Shown piece after piece: positions 1 to 8,849 of a stretch of 64,000 bases of DNA. Below the pieces are notes generated by a model. That model had not been told where the DNA came from. It made no database searches and saw nothing but the letters and a program-made list of their open reading frames with translations. Origin of the DNA: a virus (taxonomy: Duplodnaviria > Heunggongvirae > Uroviricota > Caudoviricetes); IMG/VR virus record IMGVR_UViG_3300042564_004737. The stretch is one strand, 5' to 3'. The first letter of the stretch is position 1, and each line of letters starts with the position of its first letter. A program made the translations under genes and the position numbers.

Positions 1-1
1 C

Positions 2-397
2 ATGATTGCCTACAACCGGCAATTGGTGCTAGACAACCCTGGTGTTGGACTAGACTTCACATTGGATTCGCCACACGAAGTAGTGCCCATCTTGAGCGGA
101 ATAGCATACTACAATACTTCAGCCTGGTTGTGCTGGCGCACTGCATTCCGCGAAGTGCTAAAACTCAAAGCCAGTTTACCTGACGTGGAAAATGAATATC
201 GAATCAAACAGTGGATTAACATTGACAACATGACTCGAATACAGGTCAACGAAGAATGGAGTCGTTGGGGTGCAGAGGATGCTGTTGAATACTACAATGA
301 AGTTGACGGGGATTTTGCAGCTCTTCGAAAGAGCTATGAATGGGCGTGGCTGGCCAGCTATGCGTTCGTCAAACGCAGCTTAGTACCTGATCTATAA
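2..397 (+). CDS. hypothetical protein (only plus-strand ORF in this block; may extend upstream of window)
   Basis: 131-aa ORF from track; no recognisable motif; converges with minus-strand gene at 369. Confidence 0.3.
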   Translation: MIAYNRQLVLDNPGVGLDFTLDSPHEVVPILSGIAYYNTSAWLCWRTAFREVLKLKASLPDVENEYRIKQWINIDNMTRIQVNEEWSRWGAEDAVEYYNEVDGDFAALRKSYEWAWLASYAFVKRSLVPDL

Positions 398-1487
398 CAT
401 AGTCCACTTCACTATCCGTTAACTCAGGATAAATTGGTAAACTCAGCGCTCGTCTACTCAATGAACTTGCAGCACTGAGAAGACTGGGCCCAGCATACTG
501 TTGATATGCATCTAGTTCGTGTAGTGGATGTTTATAATGCACCCGAGTCTCTATGCCCGCAGACTGTAGATCAACTTGTAATTGATCTCGATTGCTGGTG
601 TCAATGACAAACTTGTGGAAACAGTGAGCGAACACATTTGAGTCGTCAATTAGACAACGGAACGGTGCATCTCGAAATGCCGCTATGTAACGCCGTGCAA
701 TGCTTTCTCTGCGAGCTTGCCATTGAGCCAGGTACACAGTCTTGACCATCATTTGCGCACAGTCTACTTCACTCATGCGTGAGTTAGTGCCTGTTTGTGT
801 ATGACCAGATCGTTTGCCGTTGTCACACCAGTTACGGGCATAGTCACATAGATTATGATCGTCTGTGACCACAGCACCACCGTTGCCGTAGTTGTTTAGA
901 TTTTTCATGGGATCAAAACTGATAGCACTAGCTTCGCCCACACGATGGCAATTGTTAGATAACCAGTGTTGTGCTGCATCTTCAATTATCAACGGCCTAA
1001 TACGGCGTAGACTGTCGTGCAATGCTGAACCATACAATCCAATGCCAAGTATAGCTTGGTAATCCAGATCCGGCGGAATGTTACTGAATTTCATGTTGCC
1101 ATATGCATCAGTGTCAATCAAGTGTATGTTCCACCCTGCTCGTACAAATGCATTTGCACTAGCAGGGAACGTCATGGCAGGAATCAATATTGTGGGCGGG
1201 GTTGTCTGGAGATACAGCTTATGCTCTGTGCGGCCTGGGCGGTAATAGCCAGCAAGTATTTCCAAGGCCTGCGTTCCTGAATGACACAGTACTGCATAAT
1301 TGGTATGATTCTTTTGAGCCAACCATTCCTCAAACTGTTGAGTGAACTGGCCGTTCATGAGATTGCCAGATGCTAGAACCTGGTCCGTTGCATCCAGTAT
1401 CTCCTCTCTGAGATTGTTATACTGTCTTTGTAGACCAGTAAACGCTATTTGAAAGCCACTCATAGTAATTTTGGAATCCTTGTTCAA
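369..1487 (-). CDS. DegT/DnrJ/EryC1/StrS-family PLP-dependent sugar aminotransferase
   Basis: 372 aa; 'AVLCHSGTQALE' N-terminal signature and overall layout typical of DegT family aminotransferases. Confidence 0.75.
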   Translation of the reverse strand: MNKDSKITMSGFQIAFTGLQRQYNNLREEILDATDQVLASGNLMNGQFTQQFEEWLAQKNHTNYAVLCHSGTQALEILAGYYRPGRTEHKLYLQTTPPTILIPAMTFPASANAFVRAGWNIHLIDTDAYGNMKFSNIPPDLDYQAILGIGLYGSALHDSLRRIRPLIIEDAAQHWLSNNCHRVGEASAISFDPMKNLNNYGNGGAVVTDDHNLCDYARNWCDNGKRSGHTQTGTNSRMSEVDCAQMMVKTVYLAQWQARRESIARRYIAAFRDAPFRCLIDDSNVFAHCFHKFVIDTSNRDQLQVDLQSAGIETRVHYKHPLHELDAYQQYAGPSLLSAASSLSRRALSLPIYPELTDSEVDYVIDQVLSCV

Positions 1488-2412
1488 CGTCTACTCGGGG
1501 ATCAAAGCCCAGGATGGCTCTTGCACGATCAATGTTCAGTGCTCCGCGGCTGGGAAAGTCTGCATCTTTATCGCGACATTCAATAGTGCCCTTGCCCACA
1601 ATCTTCACAATCATTTCGGCTGCTTGTAACAGGCTCACTGAATGTGATTTGGTAATGTTGTATGTTCGGTTAGCACTCATGATTCTAGTTGCAGCAGCAA
1701 CCACACCATCCGCAGCATCATCCACATAGGTAAAGTCCAGTGTTTCGCCTGCACCGTTGACTTTCAGCACACCGCCACGCATGGCTGTCAGCATGAACTT
1801 GGCCACCACACGATCCTCCACATCAAGAGGTCCGTACACAGCACTGGGCCGAAGTATCACATACTCCATGCCGGTTCTGCGAGCATAGTCCTTGACCAAC
1901 CATTCTCCTGCCAACTTCATGATGCCATATTGCCCTTGCGGTCTGCATTCGTCATCTTCCAGCACTTGATCTGTAAAATCACCGTAGACCATGCTGCTGG
2001 ACATGTACACAAATCTCTTGACCTTGTGCTTTTTGGCACTCTCAAGCAGATTGATCAAGCCACGCATCATGACATCAGCAGCGTATGCAGGGTTAGCATT
2101 GACTACTTTTTGTCTGGGAAAGCTGGCACAGTGTATGATCACTTCTGGAGTTTCAGCAGCAACAATGGCATCCATGCGATCTGCATTTTCAATGTAGTCA
2201 TGATAGTGACTACACGGTGCTAGTTTTTTAAGACGCTCACCGATCAAATAGTCAACTTCTTCACGCGGAATAATACCGTAGGTGGTTTGACTATCCACAA
2301 TGCTTACAGTGTCTTCACGCTGCTGCAAACGAGCTGCCACATTGTGTCCGATCAGTCCTAGTCCGCCAGTTATTAATACTTTCATCGGTTGCCCCATTTC
2401 ATTTGATACCAT
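1417..2412 (-). CDS. NAD-dependent epimerase/dehydratase (SDR, sugar nucleotide)
   Basis: 'KVLITGGLGLIGHNVA' Rossmann GxxGxxG; real start probably the internal M at 2385 (MKVLITGG). Confidence 0.75.
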   Translation of the reverse strand: MVSNEMGQPMKVLITGGLGLIGHNVAARLQQREDTVSIVDSQTTYGIIPREEVDYLIGERLKKLAPCSHYHDYIENADRMDAIVAAETPEVIIHCASFPRQKVVNANPAYAADVMMRGLINLLESAKKHKVKRFVYMSSSMVYGDFTDQVLEDDECRPQGQYGIMKLAGEWLVKDYARRTGMEYVILRPSAVYGPLDVEDRVVAKFMLTAMRGGVLKVNGAGETLDFTYVDDAADGVVAAATRIMSANRTYNITKSHSVSLLQAAEMIVKIVGKGTIECRDKDADFPSRGALNIDRARAILGFDPRVDVEQGFQNYYEWLSNSVYWSTKTV

Positions 2413-2690
2413 GTATATACTTTTTCATCCATCAACATAAAGTCCCCGGCGCTGCTGTAGTCCCAGTATGTTCCGTCTCGATGTATTCCTGCGTGACCAA
2501 AATTTTTCAGCAACCAGTTTTCTGCAGCCATGCCTGGATATCCTTTTATCCTGTACAATAGGATTGGCACAAACCGTTCACCATTCCATACCTGTTTCCG
2601 CACAGGTGACCTTGGCATGACTTCTGCAACGGCATACACTTCTGCATCAATATACTCTATCACTTGATTCCGTCCCATTTGAGTCTCCAA
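2382..2690 (-). CDS. hypothetical protein
   Basis: 102-aa ORF, ATGA-type overlap with neighbours. Confidence 0.4.
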   Translation of the reverse strand: METQMGRNQVIEYIDAEVYAVAEVMPRSPVRKQVWNGERFVPILLYRIKGYPGMAAENWLLKNFGHAGIHRDGTYWDYSSAGDFMLMDEKVYTWYQMKWGNR

Positions 2691-2992
2691 AATGTTTCAT
2701 TCTGTTCGCTGAGTCGTGCCATGATACGATACAACAGGTGGTAGCTTGCGTAATCCGGCTGCTGAATCCAGTAAGGTTTGCCCACAGCATGCTCCATCAC
2801 AAACTTACCTGCGTTTGTTTGTTGCCACTCCCAGATTGGTGCAGCAACATATATGTCCGGATCCTCTACATCGCCCATTTTAATTGTATGCACACATACA
2901 TCACGAAAACGCACTGGCCTGCCGTCTACGATTTTAGTCTCAGCAGCACGTCGGTGCTTGTATTCGTCTTGTTTGTTGTGTACAATTGCCAT
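2660..2992 (-). CDS. hypothetical protein
   Basis: 110-aa ORF; preceded (2996-3008) by TGCTATACT promoter-like motif on coding strand. Confidence 0.4.
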   Translation of the reverse strand: MAIVHNKQDEYKHRRAAETKIVDGRPVRFRDVCVHTIKMGDVEDPDIYVAAPIWEWQQTNAGKFVMEHAVGKPYWIQQPDYASYHLLYRIMARLSEQNETFWRLKWDGIK

Positions 2993-3012
2993 ACGCTAGT
3001 ATAGCACAATAG

Positions 3013-3705
3013 TCAGTTGCTAGCAACCAGAGCGGAAGTCATAGGGAAGATTGCTGCAATGGCCTGAGCACATGCACGAGCAATGTCCATGTGTTCTCGT
3101 TGTGTGCCATTTGCACTTCTTAATTCCATGTAGTGTATCCAGCTACGCAAGGTACCGTTCATGTACATGCGACTCACAGTGAGTCCTTCTGGCAGCACAG
3201 CCCGAGCTTGTTCTTTGGCAATGCCATTGGCAATGGCCCAGGAGTATTCTTGTTTGACGCTGAACAACACACGCTTCTGTGCTCGTTCCCATTCATATGC
3301 CAGCAGCTTTTGCTGTTCGTCGGCCATGTCCAGTTCTATGCTGTTTTGTCTGTTTTTGGTGTCTTGGAATCGTGCCTCACGTAGCACAAACGCTTCGTCG
3401 AGTTCAGCTGTAGGATCAGCATATCGTTGGGAGAACTCTTGGAAGCTGAAACTTCTGTGACGAAGAATCTGTCTGGCGATGTCGCGGGTGGTGACGATTT
3501 CACAACAGGCCGAGACCATTTCAAGTGGGCTCCAGTGTTGGTGTTTGACCAAATATCGAATGAGTCGCTCACTTGTTTCTGTGTTGACTTGACTGGCAGG
3601 ATTGCTGACACGGGCGCAATACGCAATGAGCTCTTGGGCATCGCCCACGCCCAGGTTGGCAAATTCTGCGGTTGGCTGACTGTAGGATACAAGTTTAACA
3701 TTCAT
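3013..3705 (-). CDS. thyX: FAD-dependent thymidylate synthase ThyX
   Basis: 230 aa; 'RHRSFSFQEFSQRY' = ThyX RHRxxxxxxS motif. Confidence 0.85.
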   Translation of the reverse strand: MNVKLVSYSQPTAEFANLGVGDAQELIAYCARVSNPASQVNTETSERLIRYLVKHQHWSPLEMVSACCEIVTTRDIARQILRHRSFSFQEFSQRYADPTAELDEAFVLREARFQDTKNRQNSIELDMADEQQKLLAYEWERAQKRVLFSVKQEYSWAIANGIAKEQARAVLPEGLTVSRMYMNGTLRSWIHYMELRSANGTQREHMDIARACAQAIAAIFPMTSALVASN

Positions 3706-4091
3706 TTGAGTTTGTTTAATATTTTATTGGTTTCTGGTTGAACAAGATTGGCAACAGCCACTACATCCACAACAAAATCTACATCTCTAATTTCTTTATC
3801 CAGTTCTAAAAAGGTACGAGTAAGCATGGTTTCAATTTCATCTATGCTCATACCTTGCTTCTGAAGTGAATTCAAGTTGAAAGTTTTTTGACGGCCACCA
3901 TGTAGTTTAAGTATTACCTTTTTGATACATTCTAGTGGAACGTCAGTTTTTGTTATGTCAGCAATTATGTGTTCCCACGCAGCAATGAAGTCGTCATTTG
4001 GCTCCATCAGCCACCGCAGTCTTGACTTTGTTAGGGCCACGAGTGCGACGAGCTGGCGCAGCTTGTTCGACCTTTGCTGGGGTTTCGCCAA
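3702..4091 (-). CDS. hypothetical protein
   Basis: 129-aa ORF, 4-nt overlap with thyX. Confidence 0.4.
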   Translation of the reverse strand: MAKPQQRSNKLRQLVALVALTKSRLRWLMEPNDDFIAAWEHIIADITKTDVPLECIKKVILKLHGGRQKTFNLNSLQKQGMSIDEIETMLTRTFLELDKEIRDVDFVVDVVAVANLVQPETNKILNKLK

Positions 4092-4761
4092 ACGCTAACT
4101 TGGCAGTGCTGGGGCGTTTGACTGTTGGGTCCATTTTTTCAGCATCTTTTTTCATTTTGGCTGCTTCAGCAATCATTGCTTTGGCATTGGCTTCCATGGA
4201 CTGTGCTTGTGCCAACATGTTGGAAGCAATATCGCGATCACTCAACACACCATTTTCACCGGCTCGCAACACAGGTGGAGCAGTGTAACCAGGTGCAGCC
4301 TTGGCTGCTTGACTTGCTTTGTATTCTGCTTCGGCCTTGCGTTTGACATCAGGAGCAACCATACCGCGACTGGCGTCATTCTCTGCCAGTCTTTTGATGG
4401 CTGCATCGCCTTGTTTCATTTCGTTCAGCATTTTGTTCAGTTCATCTAAACGAAGTTTTGCTGCACCAGTTGGTGTAACCAGCACATCGGCAGTGCGAAT
4501 TTTCTTTATCATTCGTTCCACATGCAATGTTTCGAGGATTGGGCGACCATCTGGAAGATAACTGCGATGCAATGCATCTGCAAATTCTTCAGCAGCTTGT
4601 CCAATGTCGCTTTCTAAAACTTTTTGCACAGCATCTTGCCAGTGTGCGTGTAGAGTTTCTGGATAAATCACTAGACACATGTGATCATCTCCGGGGACCT
4701 GACGGTATACGATGCAGACCTTGCGATCACCGTGTTTACCAACGTGTTTCATAAATGCCAT
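3994..4761 (-). CDS. hypothetical protein, Ala/Lys-rich C-terminal tail
   Basis: 255-aa ORF; basic low-complexity C-terminus. Confidence 0.4.
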   Translation of the reverse strand: MAFMKHVGKHGDRKVCIVYRQVPGDDHMCLVIYPETLHAHWQDAVQKVLESDIGQAAEEFADALHRSYLPDGRPILETLHVERMIKKIRTADVLVTPTGAAKLRLDELNKMLNEMKQGDAAIKRLAENDASRGMVAPDVKRKAEAEYKASQAAKAAPGYTAPPVLRAGENGVLSDRDIASNMLAQAQSMEANAKAMIAEAAKMKKDAEKMDPTVKRPSTAKLAFGETPAKVEQAAPARRTRGPNKVKTAVADGAK

Positions 4762-4763
4762 TG

Positions 4764-4967
4764 TTACTCTCCTTGTGTTTGACTGGCCTGGGATTCTTCC
4801 TGGGCCTTGGCTTGTGCTACTACAGCTTCTAAAAAGGCAGTGAGTTTGTTGTAAACTTCGCCTACTTCTTTCATTTCCGCTGCACGAAATGCGCCGCGGG
4901 TACTGGCAAGATCTATGATGTTTTTCAACAGATTCAAGTCAGCAATGGTAATTTCTTTATTTTCCAT
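4764..4967 (-). CDS. hypothetical small protein
   Basis: 67-aa ORF followed (downstream on minus strand) by hairpin terminator 4989-5019. Confidence 0.35.
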   Translation of the reverse strand: MENKEITIADLNLLKNIIDLASTRGAFRAAEMKEVGEVYNKLTAFLEAVVAQAKAQEESQASQTQGE

Positions 4968-4988
4968 ACAGATATTTAATAAAAAAAA

Positions 4989-5019
4989 CAGCAGTGAAAA
5001 TGTTTTTCACTGCTTATTT
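4989..5019. terminator. bidirectional rho-independent terminator
   Basis: cagcagtgaaaa-tgtt-tttcactgctg hairpin flanked by A-run and T-run. Confidence 0.6.
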
Positions 5020-5039
5020 GGCCAATTAGAGCAAATTGA

Positions 5040-5852
5040 TCATTCAGATAAAAAGCGCCGCCAGCTGTCATTGGCGTCAATCACAGGGTCTAATCCTTCC
5101 ACAGCGGCCCATCCAGGAGGAACAGCAACCACACTGAACAATGCACTGTTTCCAAAGATGTTGTCGGCGTTGGTTTTAAAATTGTCAGGATTGTAATTGC
5201 GAATACACCCCCAGTACAAGTGATAGCCAATGTCGGTCAGCATGCGGTAGATCTTGTCCAGGTGCGGAGACTCCTGTGCTTCGTAGTAGATCAATGGCAA
5301 GTTCTTTTTAATGCTTTCAAGACAGCCCTGTATAACACCCAGTTCAGAACCTTCGGCATCAATTTTAATCAGATTTGGCAGCGGTATATCCGTATCATCC
5401 AACCGTGCTGCCTGTGCGCTGACTCCGGTCTCGTTGTTGATCAGCATCTCGCCGTAGTTGCCCACAATTTCAGGATCAAATGTCTGAATCAAAATGTCAC
5501 CGGCCACATTGGTAGCTGCTAGGTTGTGCAAAGTGACATTGGCAAGTCCTTTGGTATTCTGTTTCAGCATGGCAAAGTTCAACGGATTGGGTTCAAAGCA
5601 ATGAACTTCAGCACCAGTGCTGGCAAATGCAGTGGCATGAACACCAATGTTGGCACCCACATCATACACTACCACAGGCTTGTTTTGTATATTGTTGATG
5701 ATGGAAAGTAAAAAATCAATTTCCGACTGACCATATTCGCCATACAATCTTAGACTACGACCAATTATGGAATCGTTGGTGTAGTAAGTGAATTTTTTGT
5801 GGTAGCGTGTTTTGGTTACTTCTTTCAAAGTGGGTTTGTTGGTTTTCTTCAT
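5040..5852 (-). CDS. FkbM-family SAM-dependent methyltransferase
   Basis: 'VVYDVGANIGVHATAFA' and 'IKIDAEGSELGV' typical FkbM motifs; ATG at 5852 with GGAGGA RBS (track ORF extends to 5900 using TTG). Confidence 0.7.
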   Translation of the reverse strand: MKKTNKPTLKEVTKTRYHKKFTYYTNDSIIGRSLRLYGEYGQSEIDFLLSIINNIQNKPVVVYDVGANIGVHATAFASTGAEVHCFEPNPLNFAMLKQNTKGLANVTLHNLAATNVAGDILIQTFDPEIVGNYGEMLINNETGVSAQAARLDDTDIPLPNLIKIDAEGSELGVIQGCLESIKKNLPLIYYEAQESPHLDKIYRMLTDIGYHLYWGCIRNYNPDNFKTNADNIFGNSALFSVVAVPPGWAAVEGLDPVIDANDSWRRFLSE

Positions 5853-6019
5853 TATACTAGTTCCTCCACAATGCCTAGCACTTCTGCCATTATAAAGCAA
5901 ACACCCGCCATTAGCAAATTACCTGTAATCAAACAGCCGCCTGCCACAATACGAATAGCACTCTTTGCAAGACTAACATAAAAATGGCCGCGGCTAGTAT
6001 CTTTGGGTTGGATTTCCAT
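5852..6019 (-). CDS. small hydrophobic protein (55 aa)
   Basis: MEIQPKDTSRGHFYVSLAKSAIRIVAGGCLITGNLLMAGVCFIMAEVLGIVEELV; stop overlaps MT start (TAATG). Confidence 0.4.
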   Translation of the reverse strand: MEIQPKDTSRGHFYVSLAKSAIRIVAGGCLITGNLLMAGVCFIMAEVLGIVEELV

Positions 6020-6080
6020 TGTGTTTCCTATTGTTGTATTAATTATCTGCTGAGGGGCATGGCCCGCAGATTTATTGCAG

Positions 6081-6323
6081 TTACGACCGTAGTCGTAACT
6101 CTTTATATTTGACTCTAAGATATTGATACACTACGCCGTCGACCCGTAGCGGAAGGTCCAAATGCACACTGACCATTGGACCTTCAATCTCGTTGCGCAT
6201 GACATCACTGCCCACAGTGCCCACCCAGGGAATTTTTTTGTTAAACAATCCTTCTACGCGATCGCCGATGTGATATTGTGCAGTAGGCCTGTGTTCGGCA
6301 AAGTATTCGGCCAGTGTCGCCAT
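6081..6323 (-). CDS. hypothetical small protein
   Basis: 80-aa ORF. Confidence 0.35.
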   Translation of the reverse strand: MATLAEYFAEHRPTAQYHIGDRVEGLFNKKIPWVGTVGSDVMRNEIEGPMVSVHLDLPLRVDGVVYQYLRVKYKELRLRS

Positions 6324-6550
6324 TACACAATTCGGCCGGTTACAGCATAGATCAAATCATCCAAGAGGGATTGATAGTCTTTTCCGTTTCGGCGAGCCAT
6401 CCAGATTTTTTGCACTAGCTCATTAGAATCATATGGTCCAGTGCTGGCGGGTAGTTCTCCGCGTTCTTCTAATTCATCAATCAGATCTTCAGTGTCGAAG
6501 TCGTGCAAGTCGACATCAACTTCAACTTCTTTGTAAACTGTTTTGTACAT
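6323..6550 (-). CDS. hypothetical small acidic protein
   Basis: 75-aa ORF, stop/start overlap. Confidence 0.35.
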   Translation of the reverse strand: MYKTVYKEVEVDVDLHDFDTEDLIDELEERGELPASTGPYDSNELVQKIWMARRNGKDYQSLLDDLIYAVTGRIV

Positions 6551-6567
6551 GGCCGATCCTTACTTGT

Positions 6568-6753
6568 TCATTTAGTAACTTCAACACAGGTAAATTTCAT
6601 TACCTTGGTTGTTCCAGCGGCCATCTTTTCAGCAGCTTTGCCGGCCGCCGCACATTCTTGTTGAGTTCGGAATCCAGGCACTGAAGTCAGCGCCATGGAA
6701 TCCTTGTCACTCATCATACCAACATATGCGAATAGTACTAGAGTCCAGAGCAT
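6568..6753 (-). CDS. hypothetical small protein
   Basis: 61-aa ORF. Confidence 0.3.
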   Translation of the reverse strand: MLWTLVLFAYVGMMSDKDSMALTSVPGFRTQQECAAAGKAAEKMAAGTTKVMKFTCVEVTK

Positions 6754-6754
6754 G

Positions 6755-7555
6755 TTACTTGTTCATCATGAGTGCGTTGAAGTTGCTGGGCACAACAATG
6801 GTCTGCACTCGACCTGCTTTGATACCTTCTGAAATATTCAACATGGCCTGTGCCTGCATGAACGCAATAGAACTGGCACTGTTGTTGGCCAGTGCTGCCA
6901 TACGTCGAGCTTCAGCTTCGGCAGTTTTGACTTCGACTTCTTTCTGTTTGAGTTCGTTTTTGGCCTTGACCAGTTCGTTGGCACTGGCCACAACTGAGTC
7001 TGCTGGCACAATATTACGAATCAGCACCTGACTGATAGTGATCGAACCGTCCAGTTTTTCTTCGGTGAGATTACGAACAATTTCTTCCTTGATGAAGTTT
7101 TCCATGTCGCTACGAGCATCGGCCATGTCCAAGGCTTCGTACTTGCGAGCGGCCTTGTAGATAGCATTACGAGCATTCTGCACAATGTAGTTATACATCA
7201 CAAGAGTGTCGCCACTTTTGCTTTCAGCATGAAAGCTCTTGTTCTTGGTGCTGTATAGTTCAGCCACTTGCTGTGGGTTGATGTTGTAGACCACAACAGC
7301 ATCAAAGTCTTTCATGGTCGAATTGTCTTTGGCCACAGGAGTCATGTTCTCCAAGCTCACATTAACATCCTTGATTGGAAATGTCAGCACATCACCGATC
7401 AAGGTTTGATTGAACGAGCCTGGCAACAGTTCGCCAGATTTTACCTGTTTGTCAAAGCCAACTCGAACACCAACCTCGCCGGTTTCAATGCGAGTGCAAG
7501 CACTGGTAAGAGCCACAGCCGCAGCCACGATAGAAAGTTTAATAACACGATTCAT
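6755..7555 (-). CDS. SPFH/band-7 (prohibitin/flotillin-like) domain lipoprotein
   Basis: start MNRVIKLSIVAAAVALTSAC = signal peptide + lipobox; SPFH-like core with coiled-coil Ala-rich C-terminus. Confidence 0.55.
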   Translation of the reverse strand: MNRVIKLSIVAAAVALTSACTRIETGEVGVRVGFDKQVKSGELLPGSFNQTLIGDVLTFPIKDVNVSLENMTPVAKDNSTMKDFDAVVVYNINPQQVAELYSTKNKSFHAESKSGDTLVMYNYIVQNARNAIYKAARKYEALDMADARSDMENFIKEEIVRNLTEEKLDGSITISQVLIRNIVPADSVVASANELVKAKNELKQKEVEVKTAEAEARRMAALANNSASSIAFMQAQAMLNISEGIKAGRVQTIVVPSNFNALMMNK

Positions 7556-7640
7556 TAGATAACTCCAGTAGAAAAAAGTAAAACACACACCCAAAAGCCC
7601 AAAGCAAAATACAAGGGCCTAATCCAAAAATCACTAATCA

Positions 7641-7827
7641 TTATGATTCCTTAAAATAAAATTACCAGCACTGTCATTACCATGACCACTGCCAGTGACA
7701 CAAGTATACTATAGCCTATGCTTTTTGTCAAGGCCAATTGTTCCTTGCCGTCCATCTTTCTAACAGCAGTGATGCCGAAGTGTATGAGAACAGCAATAAC
7801 GGCAAACGCCAACCAAAGTTTAATCAT
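7641..7827 (-). CDS. small membrane protein (58 aa)
   Basis: MIKLWLAFAVIAVLIHFGITAV...; RBS GGAGTTGAACT-ATG embedded in 3' end of upstream micro-gene. Confidence 0.45.
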
Positions 7828-7847
7828 AGTTCAACTCCAAAAAAATA

Positions 7848-7916
7848 TTATTTGCCCAAGTAGTAGACAACTACAGTGGGACCAATTACACACACAAGGG
7901 CCAATAGTTCAATCAT
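7848..7916 (-). CDS. micro-ORF, 22-aa hydrophobic peptide
   Basis: MIELLALVCVIGPTVVVYYLGK; start ATGA-overlaps upstream stop; GGAGTTGACCC-ATG. Confidence 0.3.
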   Translation of the reverse strand: MIELLALVCVIGPTVVVYYLGK

Positions 7917-8032
7917 GGGTCAACTCCGTGATATTTCAATTGTGGTCTACGCCACACTAACCATCCAATATACAGACCCTGTAGCCATCCAATCGCCAGG
8001 CACATTAGTAATAACCAATCATGGTGTGTCAT
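7913..8032 (-). CDS. micro-ORF, 39-aa hydrophobic peptide
   Basis: MTHHDWLLLMCLAIGWLQGLYIGWLVWRRPQLKYHGVDP; GGAGTTGAAGA-ATG; ends ...GGAGTTGACCCATGA. Confidence 0.35.
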   Translation of the reverse strand: MTHHDWLLLMCLAIGWLQGLYIGWLVWRRPQLKYHGVDP

Positions 8033-8035
8033 TCT

Positions 8036-8251
8036 TCAACTCCGAAATTTATCTGCCACTGTGTAGTAGACGTCCATTCCATCATCCATTGCCTGTAGCA
8101 CTTCATTTAACACATCCTGCACAATCAACTCGGCAAACTTTTTATAGGCTGCTTCAGATTCTTCGGCTGACATGGCTCGCGGCCACGGCGTACCGTCGAG
8201 ATCCACATACAGTCCGGCCTGTTCAGCAAGTTCTTGAATTCGTTCGTTCAT
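8036..8251 (-). CDS. MNER...FAELIV small protein, paralog 1
   Basis: 71 aa; MNERIQELAEQAGL...; start created by GGAGTTGAAGAATGA at end of paralog 2. Confidence 0.55.
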   Translation of the reverse strand: MNERIQELAEQAGLYVDLDGTPWPRAMSAEESEAAYKKFAELIVQDVLNEVLQAMDDGMDVYYTVADKFRS

Positions 8252-8424
8252 TCTTCAACTCCGAAATGTTGTAAGATATTTTTATGGTCATTTGCTTCTA
8301 GACAAATCTCAGCACATTCCCGTACAATCAACTGGGCGAACTTTTCTAGCTTAGTCGGAACGCCTGTTGGATTGTGGACCAGCAGTCCAGCTTCGCGGGC
8401 AAGTTCTAAAATTCGTTCGTTCAC
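8248..8424 (-). CDS. MNER...FGVEE small protein, paralog 2 (GTG start)
   Basis: 58 aa, MNERILELAREAGL...HFGVEE*; GTG start GTGA-overlapping stop of 8421..8849; not in ORF track (<60 aa). Confidence 0.45.
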   Translation of the reverse strand: MNERILELAREAGLLVHNPTGVPTKLEKFAQLIVRECAEICLEANDHKNILQHFGVEE

Positions 8425-8849
8425 TTTGCTATCTCCAGCCTAGTCAGTGCTGAATCAAACTTTTTGTCCGCTGTCCAGCCTGCAAGATAACCGTTGTCCT
8501 TGTCAAACTGTTGTAAAAATTCAGCTTCAGTAATCACTCTGTGTGACACAATCTGCTCGCCCAGGCACTCCTGGCTGAACTCTACAGCCTGTTCCATGGT
8601 CACAGTGTCTCTGGCCCATGATTCTGGCGAGTCTTCTGCCAGTTCCACAGCATACCTCATGCGGTATGATACCAAAGTATCCACCAGCACAATTTTGGTC
8701 TTGGGTTTTTTGCTCATGGTCCAGGAACCATCTTCGTTGTCCTTCCACACAACAGTGTCACCAATTCGCCAACCAACTGACTGCAACAGTTCGTCGCTGA
8801 GTGGCAGAACTAAATCGCCGTTTTCGTCCTGTTCTAGTCTAACAATCAT
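8421..8849 (-). CDS. hypothetical protein
   Basis: 142-aa ORF. Confidence 0.4.
   Translation of the reverse strand: MIVRLEQDENGDLVLPLSDELLQSVGWRIGDTVVWKDNEDGSWTMSKKPKTKIVLVDTLVSYRMRYAVELAEDSPESWARDTVTMEQAVEFSQECLGEQIVSHRVITEAEFLQQFDKDNGYLAGWTADKKFDSALTRLEIAK

Noticed and set aside
5799-5981. Plus-strand 60-aa ORF 5799..5981 and other short plus-strand ORFs inside minus-strand genes
   Set aside because: Antisense to well-supported minus-strand genes in a uniformly minus-strand operon; no RBS.
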